A DNA stretch of 64,000 bases, taken from the NCBI RefSeq assembly GCF_018977255.1, contig NW_024704742.1, positions 105,588,001-105,652,000 on the forward strand, read 5' to 3'. A program made the position numbers and the translations under genes. Below, piece after piece: positions 61,900 to 64,000 of this stretch. Position 1 is the first letter of the stretch, and each line of letters starts with the position of its first letter. The notes below the pieces were generated by a model. That model was not told the DNA's origin, made no database searches, and saw only the letters and a list, made by a program, of their open reading frames with translations. The stretch is from Callorhinchus milii (Eukaryota).

Positions 61900-62299
61900 A
61901 CTTCATGCTGAAAAGATGGATCATGGTTGTGAGTGTGTGTTGCCTATATTTTAGCTGTGCTATATTGTATATGTGTGTGCATGTGTTCAGAATTCGGGGA
62001 CTGATTTAACTGAGCTGTTGGATTGAGATTTCATTGTTGATGTGAGTATCAGTGTTCGGAGCTGTGGAACTTCTATCTGGCTTGTGCTTTGGAAGTGCGA
62101 ATCATGATCTATCCCCCTGCGAGTTAGTAACAATCTGTATTGCAACACTGCAGAGTGCTTGTGGAGCCAGGTGGAATTTTCCTCAATGGATGTGTTGTGC
62201 CAGATTACAGGTGTGTGTATCCAAAACCAATTCCTATTTGGAGATCTTAAAACCGGCCTCATCGACAGTGGATATAGTATTTATTATACTATAGTACCT

Positions 62300-62545
62300 A
62301 GGCCCCCTCCACTCCACTACAGGCAGCCATGCTTTCAGCCACTAAACCCTCAACTCCCTACCTCAATCCGTCCACTTTGCCTCCTCCCGGACCATTTTAG
62401 GATCACACCTAAAGATCTTTCTTTTCGACTGTGCCTACAGTCATCTTCCTTCTTTTCCTGGATTCGCATTAAGCTCAGCGACTGTTAATCCCTCTGAGAC
62501 GCTACCCCACATGACAGGTGCTACATAAATCTAAGTTGTTGCTGT
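62300..62545 (+). mobile_element. Old L2 3' end
   Basis: ggcagccatgctttcagcc..ctacataaatctaagttgttgctg. Confidence 0.7.
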
Positions 62546-62980
62546 ACTTCCACAGTACATGTGCAGCAAACATGGGTGAGCTTGGAAGTAAATAAAGTGA
62601 AATTTCTGTAGTAACTTTTGTCTTTAAAACGTATAAAAATCTTATGTAGGTTTCACTGGTTCTTTTCTAGATGACTTTTGGCATTGATCCATAATTGCCG
62701 TCGTTCTCATTCTGTTTGAGTTGCATATAGAATGATAGTGGATTTGTCCCAATGGACATCCTCCTAAGAACATGGGAAACTTATTAGGATACATATCAGC
62801 AGAAATAATCTTATACCATGTGGAACCTAGTGATTGAGAAAAGGTCACCCATGGAACCAACTGGCTGGAAATAGATAATCGAATTGTGGGGAAAAACAGA
62901 TATTTTGTAGTTTTTCTTGATTGGCTTTCGAGATAAATGAGCATTTATGCACAATTGTCCCGAGGAGATTAAATAGTTAC

Positions 62981-63717
62981 AAGAACAACAAGAACAACAA
63001 AATTACATTTATTGAGCGCCTTTCACGTCGGGAGGACGTTCCAAGGCGCTTGGTAGCTGGGTCAGGACCCGAGCATGGGGGAGGGGTGGGGTAGGGGTAA
63101 GGAAAGACAGAGAGGTGGGAGGGCGACTGAAGGCATGATCAAAGAGCAGAGTCTTGAGACCAGCATTGAAGGAGGCAAGGGAGGAAGTGAGAAGGGAGTG
63201 TGGGATGGAGTTCCAGAGTGTGGGGGTAGAGAAGCTGAAAGCTCGACCACCGATGGTAGGGCGGGTCGGGCGGGAGACATGGAGCAGGCTGGAGCCCGCT
63301 GAACAGAGGGAACAGGCAGGTTGATAGAGAGTCAGCAGGTCAAAGAGGTAAGAGGTCAAAGTGAAGACAAGGTTCTTGAATTCGATCCTCTGAGGGATGG
63401 GTAGCCGGTGGAGTCAGGCAAGGGTGGGAGTGATGGGGTCACGGAGCCTGATGCGTGAGAGTACGCGAGCTGCAGAGTTTTGGATGATCTGCCACCTGTG
63501 AAGGGAAGAGTTGGGAAGGCTGATAGTCGAGTCTTGATGTGACGAATGCGTGGGTGATGGTTTCGGCAGCCTGAGGGGTGAGGCAGTAGCGGAGTCTGGC
63601 AAAGTTGCGGAGGTGGTGTTAGGCAGTGCCAGTCATGGCGCGGATGTGGGGGAGAAAGGACAGTTCAGGGTCGAACAAGACACCGAGGTTCCTGACTGGC
63701 TTAGTGAGGTTGAGTGT
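62981..63717 (-). mobile_element. L2 LINE 3' fragment
   Basis: IIQNSAARVLSRIRLRDPITPTLA; IGGRAFSFSTPTLWNSIP; (TTG)n tail. Confidence 0.9.
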
Positions 63718-64000
63718 GTAGCCATAGAGGCTGTTACAGTGGAGCCTGTTAATAATTTGACAATTGGTGGTAAAAATGTGGTGTTTATTTTATAAAACAA
63801 ACAGTAAAGCTCACCATCTATAATTAACTTTATGACATACGACACAGATATATGAAACAAGCACGTATCCAGACACTGTTCTGTACTCCAGACAGAACAA
63901 TAGTACTGAGAGTACAGGGACGACAACACATATCCAGGTTCTGTTTCGTACTCCAGACCAAACAGTAAACCTGGGGTCACACTTTGAAGTATACTGAGGA

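Larger units (their letters stand above)
47168..64000 (+). other. FBXL17: Inferred FBXL17 last intron (terminal exon outside the window)
   Basis: GT donor at 47168; the expected terminal exon (VNE..QYPHITFSTVLQDC..) was not found downstream. Confidence 0.65.

Noticed and set aside
62642..62944. 100-aa minus-strand ORF as a terminal exon
   Set aside because: No recognisable protein in any frame, and antisense to the inferred host gene.
63815..64000. Minus-strand exon-like frame with YYCSVW and a GTGAG donor
   Set aside because: No other Ig-domain hallmarks; it contains a diverged internal duplication (gtctggagtac..ctggata), is cut by the window edge and has no recognisable homologue.

Overview
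Vertebrate genomic DNA, not prokaryotic. The repeat complement (CR1 and L2 LINEs, tRNA/Deu-type SINEs, Penelope-like termini) suggests a cartilaginous fish, probably a chimaera such as Callorhinchus; the species call is inference. I can support only one host coding exon: 47025-47167 (+, 143 nt), encoding ALIAIGQYSTTIETVDVGWCKEITDKGATQISQSSKSLRYLGLMRCDK, which I recognise as the penultimate exon of FBXL17. The rest of the window is therefore most likely FBXL17 intron, and I did not find the flanking exons. The introns contain three ~1.45 kb 5'-truncated CR1 copies, many L2 3' fragments, a young tRNA-Ala-headed SINE with an L2-like 3' end and (ATT)n tail, older Deu-type SINEs and LF-SINE-like relics. 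They also contain a palindromic MITE-like element, hammerhead-ribozyme-like Penelope relics, an unclassified dispersed repeat, minisatellites and repeat-free blocks that look like enhancers. Nearly all listed ORFs are retroelement remnants or chance frames. I cannot demonstrate a novel biological system. The best leads are inverted repeats bracketing the exon, the ribozyme relics, the foldback element, the unclassified repeat and candidate enhancers or cryptic exons. Repeat boundaries were read by eye and are approximate.
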